The notes: a model not told the origin generated them from the letters alone. A stretch of 35,069 nucleotides of DNA from Candidatus Adlerbacteria bacterium (GCA_028286785.1 JAQBQX010000005.1:1-35069); one strand, 5' to 3'; positions 1-8,752 are shown, counted from the stretch's first letter. A program made the numbers and translations.

Positions 1-65
1 CGGTAAGAACTATCCCCACAACCATATAAGCATCCCAGATAAACGTCAAACTGGGTTCGGATAAT

Positions 66-91
66 AAAAAAGCCGTCCAGAAATGGACGGC
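66..91 (-). terminator. Rho-independent terminator after 102..422(-)
   Basis: Stem GCCGTCCA (72-79) / TGGACGGC (84-91) with GAAA loop. The A6 run at 66-71 is a U-tract on the - strand, 10 nt after the TAG at 102-104. Confidence 0.75.
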
Positions 92-101
92 CTTGTGCGT
101 T

Positions 102-422
102 CTAGACTAAGAGCTCTTCCAGCCCCATCATTTTGAGACCTTGTTTGACCATCTTTGGGTCAATCGTTCCTTCGTATATCTTCTTTCTTCGAAAGGCGAT
201 ACCTGCAAGAGCTTCGTCGCGGATTGTTTCTGGCGGCGCCTCATTGCAGAGCAAACGTTTGCCCGCACTAGCGAGGATTTTCTGCATATCCTCGCATACT
301 GCCTGAACCCCGGCTGGATACGTCCCGTTCGATTTTTGAACAGGCTCCGAAGAGGGGGTGTTGTCAGCGAGGGGTGCCTCGCCGTTATTTCTTCCCAACA
401 TGGTATTCCAATCTCCAATCAA
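102..422 (-). CDS. Hypothetical protein, no family recognised
   Basis: ORF-track ORF. The first codon at 420-422 is TTG; the first ATG is at 401 (99 aa). Candidate promoter TTGACT (462..457), 17-nt spacer, TACCAT (439..434) upstream. Terminator follows directly. Confidence 0.45.
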   Translation of the reverse strand: MIGDWNTMLGRNNGEAPLADNTPSSEPVQKSNGTYPAGVQAVCEDMQKILASAGKRLLCNEAPPETIRDEALAGIAFRRKKIYEGTIDPKMVKQGLKMMGLEELLV

Positions 423-502
423 CGAACATGAATATGGTATGACAATTGTCTGGCGTAGTCAACAGGTGCCACAGACCATAAAAAAGCTACAATGGAGGCA
501 TT

Positions 503-2212
503 ATGGACTCGCAGGTGCAGGAGATAAAAGACAAGCTCAATATCGCCGACATAATCGGCAGCTATGTAAAGCTCGAACATGCCGGCAGGACCCTGCGCGC
601 CAAGTGCCCCTTCCATAAGGAAAAAACGGCGTCGTTTTATGTGTCACCCGACCGCGGCACCTATAAATGTTTTGGTTGCGGGGAAGGAGGCGACATCTTT
701 ACCTTTGTCCAAAAGGTAGAGGGTATCGAATTCCCCGAAGCGCTGCGACAGCTTGCCGAAAAGGCCGGCATCAAGCTCGAGCGAAGAGTCGCTCCGCAGA
801 CACCGGAACAAAAAGACCAACATGAGCGCCTATATGATGTGTGCGAAGCTGCCACGTCGTACTTTGAGTCGGTGCTCGCTAAGCGCGCTGACGTGCAAGA
901 ATATTTGCGCGGCCGCGCAGTCACCGATGAGACGCGTGCAGTGTGGCGGTTGGGCTACGCGCCTGCCTCATGGGAAGATGCCGCAAAACACTTGCACTCG
1001 ATCGGGTTTACCAAAGACGAGATCGCCGAAGCGGGACTTGCGGCCAAGTCCGAAAAAAAACCGGGCGAAGTATATGACCGCTTTCGCGGGCGCATCATGT
1101 TTCCGATAGCTGATGCGGGTGGCCGTGTCATTGCATTTTCTGGCAGGTATTTCGAAAAGGTGCCTGGCACCAAAGAAGATTCCGAGCCCGCAAAATACGT
1201 GAACTCGCCCGAGACCCCGCTGTTTAAAAAGTCGCGCACATTGTACGGCTACGACAAGGCGCGCCAGGCTATCCGCAAAGCAGACTGCATTTTGCTTGTC
1301 GAGGGGCAATTTGACGTTGTACTGTCACATCAGTCGGGACTCCCGTTTACCGTGGCGCTGTCAGGTACAGCATTAACGCCCGAACATCTCACGATGCTCG
1401 GCAAGGCCTCAAAGCGGCTGGTCTTGGCGCTTGATGCCGATGCGGCTGGTGTGCGCAGCGGGCTGAAGTCTGCCGAAATGGCCCTGCTTGCCGGCTTTGA
1501 CGTAAAGGTCCCTACATTCCCAGCAGGGAAGGATCCTGCCGATATCGCGCGCGAAAACCCAGACAGCCTCAAGGCAGCTGTGCGTGCGTCCAAAACAGCC
1601 GTCGAATTTTTCTTAGATATATTGCGCCCCACTGCGCGCGATGAGCGAGACTACAAGAGGGTGGTCGAACTGCAAGTGCTGCCCCTTATTGCGGCGGTGG
1701 GAAGCAAAATCGATCAGGCGCATTTTGTTTCGATAGTCGCCAGCCGGCTGGGCGTGCCAGACGCGGCAGTGCACGCCGAACTGATCAAGCGTGCCCGGGC
1801 GCAAAACACTTCATTCACGCAACCTTCACCCCAATTGGAGCCAAATGGAGGTACGGGTGGACTTATAGACATGCCTTCGCACGAACGCGCTGCGGCAATG
1901 TTGTTATATCACTTCTCGCCCGAGTCTCCGGAAGTTGCTCATGTACAGGCATTGTTTGGCGCGGCTCGCGTCGCTGCCATACTCGAGGCCACTGTAAACG
2001 AAGCAGAAACATTGCGTTTTGCTTTTGATGCGCTGGCAGCTGACGAAGGGGAGGCCGTGCAATCTGTCTTGCAATCGATCGAACGCGGGATAATAGATGA
2101 AGATTTGCGGGCTTTGCAGATAGAATTGCGCAGCGCTCCGGCTGACCAAACCCAGGATTTACTCAAACGTTTATCAGAGCTTAAACGCCGGCAGGAAGGA
2201 TTGCGAAAGTAG
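503..2212 (+). CDS. dnaG: DNA primase DnaG
   Basis: CHC2 zinc finger CPFHKEKTASFYV..YKCFGCGEGGD. RNA-polymerase core (GRIMFPI, FSGR). TOPRIM motifs LVEGQFDV and LALDADAAG. Upstream TACAAT 488-493 and GGAGG 494-498. Confidence 0.95.
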   Translation: MDSQVQEIKDKLNIADIIGSYVKLEHAGRTLRAKCPFHKEKTASFYVSPDRGTYKCFGCGEGGDIFTFVQKVEGIEFPEALRQLAEKAGIKLERRVAPQTPEQKDQHERLYDVCEAATSYFESVLAKRADVQEYLRGRAVTDETRAVWRLGYAPASWEDAAKHLHSIGFTKDEIAEAGLAAKSEKKPGEVYDRFRGRIMFPIADAGGRVIAFSGRYFEKVPGTKEDSEPAKYVNSPETPLFKKSRTLYGYDKARQAIRKADCILLVEGQFDVVLSHQSGLPFTVALSGTALTPEHLTMLGKASKRLVLALDADAAGVRSGLKSAEMALLAGFDVKVPTFPAGKDPADIARENPDSLKAAVRASKTAVEFFLDILRPTARDERDYKRVVELQVLPLIAAVGSKIDQAHFVSIVASRLGVPDAAVHAELIKRARAQNTSFTQPSPQLEPNGGTGGLIDMPSHERAAAMLLYHFSPESPEVAHVQALFGAARVAAILEATVNEAETLRFAFDALAADEGEAVQSVLQSIERGIIDEDLRALQIELRSAPADQTQDLLKRLSELKRRQEGLRK

Positions 2213-2220
2213 ATGATTTC

Positions 2221-2229
2221 TGGTATAAC
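2221..2229 (+). promoter_or_regulatory. Extended -10 (TGgTATAAC) 8 nt upstream of the rpoD ATG
   Basis: TGG 2221-2223, TATAAC 2224-2229, then tataaaaa, then ATG 2238. No Shine-Dalgarno. Lies in the 25-nt gap after the dnaG stop. Confidence 0.45.
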
Positions 2230-2237
2230 TATAAAAA

Positions 2238-3545
2238 ATGGCAAAACCAAAAAAGGTCGTTAAAAAGAAGGCAGCCTCAAAAGCTACCCGCCCTGCGGCA
2301 AAGCGCAAAGTGGCGGGTAAAGCTGTTGCACCCAAGGTCCGCAACAATGTAGGGCAAGCCAAAAAGTTCCGTGATACTGCGGCTAAACGCCGTGTCGCTT
2401 CTGCGCCTAAAAAAGCTGTAAAAAAGGCCGCAAAGGCCGCGCCAGCACCCAAGGCAAACCCAAAGGCCACCAAGCGCGCGCATGACCTCGAAAAGAAGGC
2501 AGAGCAGTTGATGGCGCGTGGTCGCGACCGCGGATTTATTACCTACGACGAAATCCTGAAACTCTTTCCTGATATCGAGACCGACGTCACTTTCCTTGAA
2601 GACCTATACGACCGTTTGGCAACCGCACACATCGACGTGCTCGAAGGCGGCGGCATGCTCGAGATCGTCGAAGACGTGCCAGAAAAAGGCTACGCCCGCT
2701 CGGACTCGCAATATGACTCTATCCAGATGTATCTGCGCGAGATCGGCAAGTATCCGCTCCTTTCTGGTCAGGAAGAACGTGACTTGGCCAAGCGCATCAC
2801 CGAAGGCGACATGGAGGCCAAGAACCTCTTGTGGCGCGCAAACCTCCGCCTCGTGGTGTCTATCGCTAAAAAGTATGTAGGACGCTCACCAGACCTCACG
2901 CTACTCGACCTTATCCAAGAGGGTAACCTCGGGCTCTTTAAGGCTGTCGAGAAATTCGACTTTACCAAGGGCTTCAAATTTTCTACCTATGCCACCTGGT
3001 GGATCCGCCAGGCTATCACGCGCGCGCTTGCGGACCAGTCACGCACTATCCGTATCCCGGTCCATATGGTGGAAACCATCGCTAAATACAAGCAAGTCTC
3101 GCGCCGCCTGTCGCAGGAACTTGGCCGCGACCCCTTGGCCGACGAAATCGCGCTTGAGATGGGAGTTGACGTTGAAAAGATCTACCAGATCGAAAAGATC
3201 GACCAAGATACAGTGTCGCTCGAAAGCCCAGTGGGCTCGGACGACGGCGACGACGGCAAGTCGGTTTTGGGTGACTTCATCAAGGACGATAAAATCCTCG
3301 GTCCTGACCAGGAAGTGGCTCGCCGCATTTTGGCCGACCAGCTCAAGGAAATCCTCGATGAGTTGTCTCCTAAAGAGCGCGAAATTCTGAAACTCCGCCA
3401 CGGCCTTGAAGACGGCATTTACCATACACTCGAAGAGGTGGGCAAGAAGTTTGGCGTTACTCGCGAACGCATCCGCCAGATCGAGGCAAAAGCACTCGAA
3501 CGCATCCGCACCCACGAAAAAGCAAAGAGACTCCGGAGCTACTAA
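2238..3545 (+). CDS. rpoD: Primary sigma-70 factor RpoD/SigA with a Lys/Ala-rich N-terminal tail
   Basis: Region 2 ([44 protein letters not shown]), region 3, and region 4 ([20 protein letters not shown]). The first ~80 aa are a KKAAK/APK-type basic low-complexity tail. Confidence 0.95.
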   Translation: MAKPKKVVKKKAASKATRPAAKRKVAGKAVAPKVRNNVGQAKKFRDTAAKRRVASAPKKAVKKAAKAAPAPKANPKATKRAHDLEKKAEQLMARGRDRGFITYDEILKLFPDIETDVTFLEDLYDRLATAHIDVLEGGGMLEIVEDVPEKGYARSDSQYDSIQMYLREIGKYPLLSGQEERDLAKRITEGDMEAKNLLWRANLRLVVSIAKKYVGRSPDLTLLDLIQEGNLGLFKAVEKFDFTKGFKFSTYATWWIRQAITRALADQSRTIRIPVHMVETIAKYKQVSRRLSQELGRDPLADEIALEMGVDVEKIYQIEKIDQDTVSLESPVGSDDGDDGKSVLGDFIKDDKILGPDQEVARRILADQLKEILDELSPKEREILKLRHGLEDGIYHTLEEVGKKFGVTRERIRQIEAKALERIRTHEKAKRLRSY

Positions 3546-3554
3546 ACAACTATT

Positions 3555-3580
3555 AAAAACCACCCGAAAGGGTGGTTTTT
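3555..3580 (+). terminator. Rho-independent terminator after rpoD
   Basis: ACCACCC (3559-3565), GAAA loop, GGGTGGT (3570-3576), then T-run to 3580. Begins 10 nt after the rpoD stop. Confidence 0.8.
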
Positions 3581-3582
3581 GC

Positions 3583-3588
3583 TATACT
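3583..3588 (+). promoter_or_regulatory. -10 box TATACT 6 nt upstream of ATG 3595 (leaderless-type)
   Basis: TATACT 3583-3588, tgccgt, ATG 3595. No SD. Sits immediately after the rpoD terminator U-tract. Confidence 0.5.
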
Positions 3589-3594
3589 TGCCGT

Positions 3595-4452
3595 ATGTCG
3601 CGGGGACCCAACAAACCACTACCTATCAAGCATTGGAGCCATTCGTCGCTCATGTCATATCTGCGCAACCCTTTGGCTTGGTACAAGCGCTATGTGGAAG
3701 AAATATACGACACCCCGTCGTCACCTTCGTCCATTGTGGGGCGCGCGGGCCATATTGCCTTGCAGCACTATTACGGCGGCATAGACAAGGCAGGTGCCGA
3801 GGCGCTGGGCCTGCAATATCTGCAGAGCGTGCCAGACTTCGAGATCAACTTTGGCGTTGCCAAAACCCGCAAGGCTCAAAAAGCCAAGCGTCTTTCCATG
3901 CAAAAAGAATATGTGCAGGCGATATCGTTTTATCTGGATCGACCGCCCAAGTACAAAGTGGTCGGGGTCGAGGTTAAGGGCACAGTGACCGTTAAAGGCT
4001 TACCGCTGCCGCTTAAGGCAGTGTCAGACCTTGTTGTCGAGTCCAAGGTAGAAAAGGGCGCTTTGGACATTGTCGACCACAAGTTTGTCGAATCATTCAC
4101 CAAGCTCGGCGCCAGCAAAGCATTGTTTATTGTGCAGGCGATATTTAATTACTACACAGTCACTGCGCGATACAAGCAGCCGGTGCGGCGCTTTATCGTG
4201 TACGAATGCAAAAAGTCGCGTAATGCCGACGGCTCGTCGCAGATGCGCAAGTATGTCATCGACTTTTCCAAGTGCGGCGAAGAGTTCAAGCTCTTTCATC
4301 GCCTGATCAAAGACACAACCGCAGATCTGAAACGCAAAAGAGTCTTCCTCCCGAATCCATCTGACATGTTCGAAGGGGAAAACTCTTTTGATATCTATCG
4401 CCTCGGTCTGATTGACGAGGATATTCCGGAAAAAGACTTTATTGACCGGTAG
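3595..4452 (+). CDS. PD-(D/E)XK (RecB/Cas4-like, PDDEXK_1-type) nuclease
   Basis: N-terminal WSHSSLMSYLRNPLAWYKRY. GRAGHIALQHYY. Motif II D in AVSDLVV. Motif III LDIVDHKF (D-x-K). QxxxY in VQAIFNYY. Start moved to ATG 3595 because the track ORF start (3406) overlaps rpoD and spans its terminator. Confidence 0.8.
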   Translation: MSRGPNKPLPIKHWSHSSLMSYLRNPLAWYKRYVEEIYDTPSSPSSIVGRAGHIALQHYYGGIDKAGAEALGLQYLQSVPDFEINFGVAKTRKAQKAKRLSMQKEYVQAISFYLDRPPKYKVVGVEVKGTVTVKGLPLPLKAVSDLVVESKVEKGALDIVDHKFVESFTKLGASKALFIVQAIFNYYTVTARYKQPVRRFIVYECKKSRNADGSSQMRKYVIDFSKCGEEFKLFHRLIKDTTADLKRKRVFLPNPSDMFEGENSFDIYRLGLIDEDIPEKDFIDR

Positions 4453-4461
4453 AGAAGTCTA

Positions 4462-4489
4462 TTGACCAAATAAAAATTTATAGTAAAGT
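4462..4489 (+). promoter_or_regulatory. Candidate sigma-70 promoter for 4536..4814
   Basis: TTGACC 4462-4467, 16-nt spacer, TAAAGT 4484-4489, in a very AT-rich intergenic stretch. Followed by a ~40-nt leader with GAGGGA (4525-4530) 5 nt before the ATG. Confidence 0.4.
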
Positions 4490-4535
4490 TTCGCTTAGAT
4501 ATCCAATTCAATGTAAACAAACTTGAGGGAAGTAC

Positions 4536-4814
4536 ATGTCGCGGAAAAATCAGTCTATCGACTATTGTAAGGCACGGGCACATGTATGGGAGCAAGCGAA
4601 CCTGTGTATTAAAGCCGCTGGCACGGCTCTTATGAAGGAATGTTTGGGCTTTGCAAAGGTCACACAAGAAGAAAAAGATGACTTCCAAAAAACGTGGTGC
4701 GAATCACTTCAAAAAGCCCGTACAAAATATGGCCCACGTATTGTGAGCCAAATTTTGGAGGAGCTCGGACTAACAGTTCTCGAGGTGCTTGTCCCCAATC
4801 AAAGGAGTTCCTAG
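4536..4814 (+). CDS. Hypothetical small protein (92 aa, 4 Cys)
   Basis: ORF with an SD-like GAGGGA and its own terminator. No recognisable family. About 46% G+C by hand count, visibly lower than its neighbours. Confidence 0.5.
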   Translation: MSRKNQSIDYCKARAHVWEQANLCIKAAGTALMKECLGFAKVTQEEKDDFQKTWCESLQKARTKYGPRIVSQILEELGLTVLEVLVPNQRSS

Positions 4815-4835
4815 TGTACTCCTTTTTTATTTTTA
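4802..4835 (+). terminator. Rho-independent terminator overlapping the stop of 4536..4814
   Basis: AGGAGT (4803-4808) / ACTCCT (4818-4823), followed by TTTTTTATTTTT. The TAG stop (4812-4814) lies in the loop. Confidence 0.7.
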
Positions 4836-4839
4836 GATA

Positions 4840-5562
4840 CTACTGAGCAGTTGTTGAGGCAGTAGCTGATGCCGGGACCTGTGCCAAAGCTGCGTCAATT
4901 GCTGCGCGCATCGAGTCGTATGGTTGGTTGCCCTCCAGTGGGATGACGCCGCCGTTAAAGGAGATGAGGATAAACGGTGTGCCTTGAGCGCCTGCTGCGA
5001 TAGCGTCGGTGTAGCTCTGCTGGATACCTGCTGCATGCTTGCCGCTGTTGAGGCAGGTATTGAACTTGGCCGTATCAAGACCGATTTGTCCTGCAATGAC
5101 CGGGAGCTGTGCCAAGTCGAGTCCGTTTTCAGACGGAGTTACTTCGAACACTTTGTCGGTAAATGCCCAGTATGCAGTGTTGCCGCCGATCTCTGCTGCA
5201 CATTCTGCTGCCTCTGCTTCCTTTGGTGCTTTAGAGTGGATCTGAGCGAGGGGGAGTGGGCGCTGTACCCATGCCACTTTTCCTGACTGGCCATAGAAGT
5301 CCATGACCTGGTGCATGGTGGTGTTGAATACCTTGCAGTGTGGGCACTCGAGGTCCATGTACTCGACGACTTTGATCGGCGCGTTTGGGTTGCCCAAAAT
5401 GTGGTCCGCTGCAGTAACTGGGGGAGCCTTTTGCGCCAATTGGGTCGCGGTGTCGCCGCTTGTTGTTGGGTTAACCGAACCTTTGCCGGTCAAAAAAACC
5501 GCACCTGCGATAAGGAGGCCTGCAATAACGATGGTGATAGGAAGTACGTATTCGCTTTTCAT
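4840..5562 (-). CDS. DsbA-family thiol:disulfide oxidoreductase, membrane-anchored
   Basis: Thioredoxin-fold CPHC active site (MDLECPHCKVF). N-terminal TM helix (LPITIVIAGLLIAGAVFL). The first track codon (5598) is GTG; ATG at 5562 is preferred, with TATAAA (5575..5570) 7 nt upstream. Confidence 0.85.
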   Translation of the reverse strand: MKSEYVLPITIVIAGLLIAGAVFLTGKGSVNPTTSGDTATQLAQKAPPVTAADHILGNPNAPIKVVEYMDLECPHCKVFNTTMHQVMDFYGQSGKVAWVQRPLPLAQIHSKAPKEAEAAECAAEIGGNTAYWAFTDKVFEVTPSENGLDLAQLPVIAGQIGLDTAKFNTCLNSGKHAAGIQQSYTDAIAAGAQGTPFILISFNGGVIPLEGNQPYDSMRAAIDAALAQVPASATASTTAQ

Positions 5563-5622
5563 ATGGTCATTTATATCTATAAGAGGGCTATGTGGCACAG
5601 TATATCACAGGGGTATATATAC

Positions 5623-5651
5623 TTGACAAATACCACCTTTGGGTGTATAAT
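5623..5651 (+). promoter_or_regulatory. Consensus sigma-70 promoter
   Basis: TTGACA 5623-5628, exactly 17-nt spacer, TG at 5644-5645, TATAAT 5646-5651. Leader of about 30 nt with AGGAGG 5676-5681, 5 nt before ATG 5687. Confidence 0.8.
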
Positions 5652-5686
5652 GGTAAAGAACGTTCACTACAACTCAGGAGGGGAAA

Positions 5687-5968
5687 ATGCCAGAGTCTGT
5701 GGATCTTTCGGAAGTAGAAAACTGTGACTTGCTGACAGAGAGCGACAAGGTCCACCTTGCGAAAGCTCTTGATGTACACAAACTCAAACCTTCCAGTTTG
5801 ATGAGTGTTGAGATAGAGCCACCAAAAAATATCGATGACCAGGCACGCGATGCTGCTGGCCGCTTGATGCGGTGTATCGAGTTTCGCGGCAAGAATTTCG
5901 ACCTTGCTATTTACTATAATAAATCTGGCTGGGAGTCCGACGTCACCTGGGACGCTGAAGAACTTTAG
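5687..5968 (+). CDS. Hypothetical small acidic protein (93 aa)
   Basis: Monocistronic unit with consensus promoter, strong SD and strong terminator. 20 D/E versus 11 K/R by hand count. No family recognised. Confidence 0.7.
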   Translation: MPESVDLSEVENCDLLTESDKVHLAKALDVHKLKPSSLMSVEIEPPKNIDDQARDAAGRLMRCIEFRGKNFDLAIYYNKSGWESDVTWDAEEL

Positions 5969-5984
5969 GATCAAACAAACTAGG

Positions 5985-6010
5985 CCCGCGCTGCAAAGCG
6001 CGGGTTTTTT
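5985..6010 (+). terminator. Rho-independent terminator
   Basis: CCCGCGC (5985-5991), TGCAAA loop, GCGCGGG (5998-6004), T6 (6005-6010). Confidence 0.85.
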
Positions 6011-6015
6011 CTTTT

Positions 6016-6588
6016 CTAAAAAGGCAGCGTGTGGGTGAGGGACGGACCTTCTTCATCGATTTTTTCCCATTTGCTGGTGTCGAGCTTGATGTCGCGCGGG
6101 CCGTCGTAGTCGCGGTACTTCAGCGCTTTGTGTTTGCGAGCATAGTCGTATACCTCTTTGGTTATTTTCACGTCGTCGAGGCAGTAGTCGCGCACCCGGT
6201 CGAACTCGCCGTTGCGCCACCAGTCTTGGGCCTCGAGCCCGTTGCCAGACTTTTTCTTGCCGAGCGTTGCTTCGGCGATGTTGTCGAGCTTGAGACGGCG
6301 GCCCAAGACCGCGCGGATTTCCTTGAGGATATCCACGCTCTTAATTTTAGTTAGGTCACCCGCATAGTATTTGTTAAGGATCGGGATATCGAAGTGGTCC
6401 GAGTTGTAGCCAATGAGTATATCGGCGCTTTCAAAAATTGGCCACAGCTTGGGCAGCTCGGCCTGGGTAAACGACATGTATTCGTTTGTTTTAGAGTCGT
6501 GGATGCCAACTACAGTGACCTCCTGTTGCGAAAGGTCACCATTGCGCAGCTCGCCGATTGTTTCGATGTCGAATACTATTTTACGCAT
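6016..6588 (-). CDS. DEDD 3'-5' exonuclease, PolB-exonuclease-like (RNase H fold)
   Basis: Exo I VFDIETIG, Exo II YNSDHFDIPILN, Exo III DYCLDDV. 190 aa. Lies 37 nt downstream of hisS on the same strand. Confidence 0.8.
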   Translation of the reverse strand: MRKIVFDIETIGELRNGDLSQQEVTVVGIHDSKTNEYMSFTQAELPKLWPIFESADILIGYNSDHFDIPILNKYYAGDLTKIKSVDILKEIRAVLGRRLKLDNIAEATLGKKKSGNGLEAQDWWRNGEFDRVRDYCLDDVKITKEVYDYARKHKALKYRDYDGPRDIKLDTSKWEKIDEEGPSLTHTLPF

Positions 6589-6625
6589 ACACCAGACATT
6601 AAATCAGAAAAGGATTACAGCAAAA

Positions 6626-7894
6626 CTATAGGGTGGTGAAAAACGGTGCCAGTTGCTCGCGCTTGAGTGTAGTGTCGCTGCCAGTTGCCAGGTTGCGCAC
6701 AACAAAGGTGCCGGTCTGTGCCTCGGTGTCGCCAACTACGATCAAATAAGGGATCTTATGTTTAGAGGCCTGACGGATCTGGTCAGAGAGCTTTTTTTCG
6801 CCAAAGTCTATCGCCACAGTGACGCCTTGTTGGCGCAGCTCGTGGGCGAGCGCTTGCACTGTGGCAACATGCACCTCGGATGGCACTGCCAAGTAGACGC
6901 GTGTCGAGGGTAGGTATGGCGGGATGAGTCCGCGCACTTCCAAAAAGTGGCCGACGGTCACGTCGCCAAGTCCAAACCCGACAGCTGGTACTCGTTCGTC
7001 ATCAAAGAGCTTGGTGAGGTTGTCATACCGGCCGCCGCCGCACAGTGCGCGCTTGTTTTCAGGGTGGGTATCGTATACCTCGAACACGACGCCGGTGTAA
7101 TAGGCAAAGCCGCGAACAATCGATGGGTCAAACACGGCGTTATCGATACCGCTTTCGCTCAAAAGCGTCAGCACAGCCGCCACATCCTCCGGCGGGTTAT
7201 CTGCAGAGATCTTGCCGAGAGGCACACCGATTGCTTCCATGTCGGCCTCAAATTTTTCCTGGGGCATTTTGTCTTTGCGGTCCAGCAGTGCAAACATGGC
7301 GCGAGTATTCTCTTCGCTGAGCCCCAGTTCTGCTGCCAAGGCATTTAGGTAGCTGCGGCTGCCGAGTTTGATCACAAAATCGCTCTGGGACGCGCCAAAG
7401 GCCATAAACAATGCATGGGCAATTGAGATGATCTCGGCATCAGCTGCAAGCGAGTCCGATCCAAAGAGGTCGACATTGAGCTGCCAGTGCTCGCGTAGAC
7501 GGCCGCGCTGTGTTGCCTCGTACCGGAAGAGGTTCGGCGTCGAAAACAAGCGCAGAGGGAAGCCTAGGTCCCTTCGGCGGGCTGCCAGCATGCGTGCCAC
7601 GGTTGGTGTCATCTCGGGGCGCAATGTTACCTCGCGGCCGCCGCGGTCCATAAAGGTGTATGTCTGTTCGTTTATTATCTCTTCATTGTCGGCGCCTTTT
7701 CCGCGGTAGAGCTCTGCAGGTTCGAGGATGGATGCGTGGTATTCCTCGTACCCAAAACGTCGGCATACATCGCGCTCGGTCGCCAATATGTAGTTGAGCA
7801 GAGTTTGGTCTTCGGGGTAAAAATCGCGCACACCCTTGTACGGTTGGGTGCCGATTTTCTCTTTTTTGGCATTATTTTTGCCCTCAGACTCCAT
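6626..7894 (-). CDS. hisS: Histidine--tRNA ligase
   Basis: Class II motifs: LRPEMT, FRYEATQRGRLREHWQLNVDLFG, GGGRYD, and the anticodon-binding C-terminus. The track start (7936) is TTG; ATG 7894 is preferred, with TACAAT 7 nt upstream. Confidence 0.93.
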   Translation of the reverse strand: MESEGKNNAKKEKIGTQPYKGVRDFYPEDQTLLNYILATERDVCRRFGYEEYHASILEPAELYRGKGADNEEIINEQTYTFMDRGGREVTLRPEMTPTVARMLAARRRDLGFPLRLFSTPNLFRYEATQRGRLREHWQLNVDLFGSDSLAADAEIISIAHALFMAFGASQSDFVIKLGSRSYLNALAAELGLSEENTRAMFALLDRKDKMPQEKFEADMEAIGVPLGKISADNPPEDVAAVLTLLSESGIDNAVFDPSIVRGFAYYTGVVFEVYDTHPENKRALCGGGRYDNLTKLFDDERVPAVGFGLGDVTVGHFLEVRGLIPPYLPSTRVYLAVPSEVHVATVQALAHELRQQGVTVAIDFGEKKLSDQIRQASKHKIPYLIVVGDTEAQTGTFVVRNLATGSDTTLKREQLAPFFTTL

Positions 7895-7900
7895 GTGCGG

Positions 7901-7907
7901 TATTGTA
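7901..7907. promoter_or_regulatory. Overlapping divergent -10 boxes for hisS (-) and truB (+)
   Basis: On the - strand, TACAAT (7907..7902) then accgcac then ATG 7894. On the + strand, TATTGT (7901-7906) lies upstream of the truB candidate starts 7925 and 7946. Confidence 0.45.
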
Positions 7908-7945
7908 ACAGAAACAAATCGCTTATGCTTGCACAAAACTCTTCC

Positions 7946-8752
7946 ATGGATGACAAAACCGAAAAATCAAAAGGCAAACCGATGAGGACCGGCCGCGTCC
8001 TGAATCTCTATAAACAGCTGGGCGAAACGCCCCGCGAGTGCCTCGAGCGCTTGCGCGTCGCCAAGCCAGAATACCAGTCGGAAGTGCTGTCCTATGCCGG
8101 ACGTTTAGATCCGATGGCCGAGGGTGTGTTGGTGTGTTTGGTTGGCTCGGCCAACAAGATGCGCGACGCATACCTCGAGATGAACAAGGAGTACGTGCTC
8201 GATGTGCTGTTCGGCTTTTCAACCGACACCTACGATGTGCTTGGTCGGGTAGTCGAACATGGTGACCCGGCTGACATTACTAAAGCTGAAATTGCCAAAG
8301 TCCTCAACGAATTCCGCGGGCCAGTGTCGCAGGAATATCCGCCGTTTTCATCGAAAGCAGTCGAGGGCAAGTCTCTGTTCGAGTGGGCGCGGCTGGGCTC
8401 TATCAGCACCATCGTGCTGCCGCGTCGGACCGTGACCATTTATGATATCGAGCTTCAGGGCGTATACAAAATTGAGGAGCCTGCGCTGTTTAACTATATC
8501 GAGTCAGGGATCGAGAAGGTCCAGGGCGACTTCCGACAAGAGGAGATCATGCGCGGCTGGAAGCGGGTGCTGCGCGCCAATGGCGACCGCGAGTTCCCAT
8601 GTGCCACTATCAAGATATCCTGCTCGTCAGGCACCTATGCGCGCTCTATTGCCCAAGGACTTGGGCAACAGCTGGGCGTCCCTGCGCTAGCTCTCCATAT
8701 TTTGCGCACTCAAGCAGGCGAGTATCGTGTCGAGCGTTCTCTGAAGCTTTAA
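7946..8752 (+). CDS. truB: tRNA pseudouridine(55) synthase TruB
   Basis: Catalytic motif GRLDPMAEGVLVCLVGSANK (TruB-type LDPxAxGVL...G.A.K). SSKAVEGKSLFEWARLG matches the TruB YSAxKxxGxxLYxxAR motif. Start is ambiguous (ATG 7925, 7946 or 7982); 7946 chosen from the usual N-terminal length. Confidence 0.85.
   Translation: MDDKTEKSKGKPMRTGRVLNLYKQLGETPRECLERLRVAKPEYQSEVLSYAGRLDPMAEGVLVCLVGSANKMRDAYLEMNKEYVLDVLFGFSTDTYDVLGRVVEHGDPADITKAEIAKVLNEFRGPVSQEYPPFSSKAVEGKSLFEWARLGSISTIVLPRRTVTIYDIELQGVYKIEEPALFNYIESGIEKVQGDFRQEEIMRGWKRVLRANGDREFPCATIKISCSSGTYARSIAQGLGQQLGVPALALHILRTQAGEYRVERSLKL

Noticed and set aside
3406-3594. 5' extension of the nuclease ORF back to ATG 3406
   Set aside because: The extension overlaps the last 140 nt of rpoD in another frame and reads through the rpoD terminator hairpin. 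ATG 3595 has the TATACT-N6 context, and the conserved nuclease N-terminus begins there.
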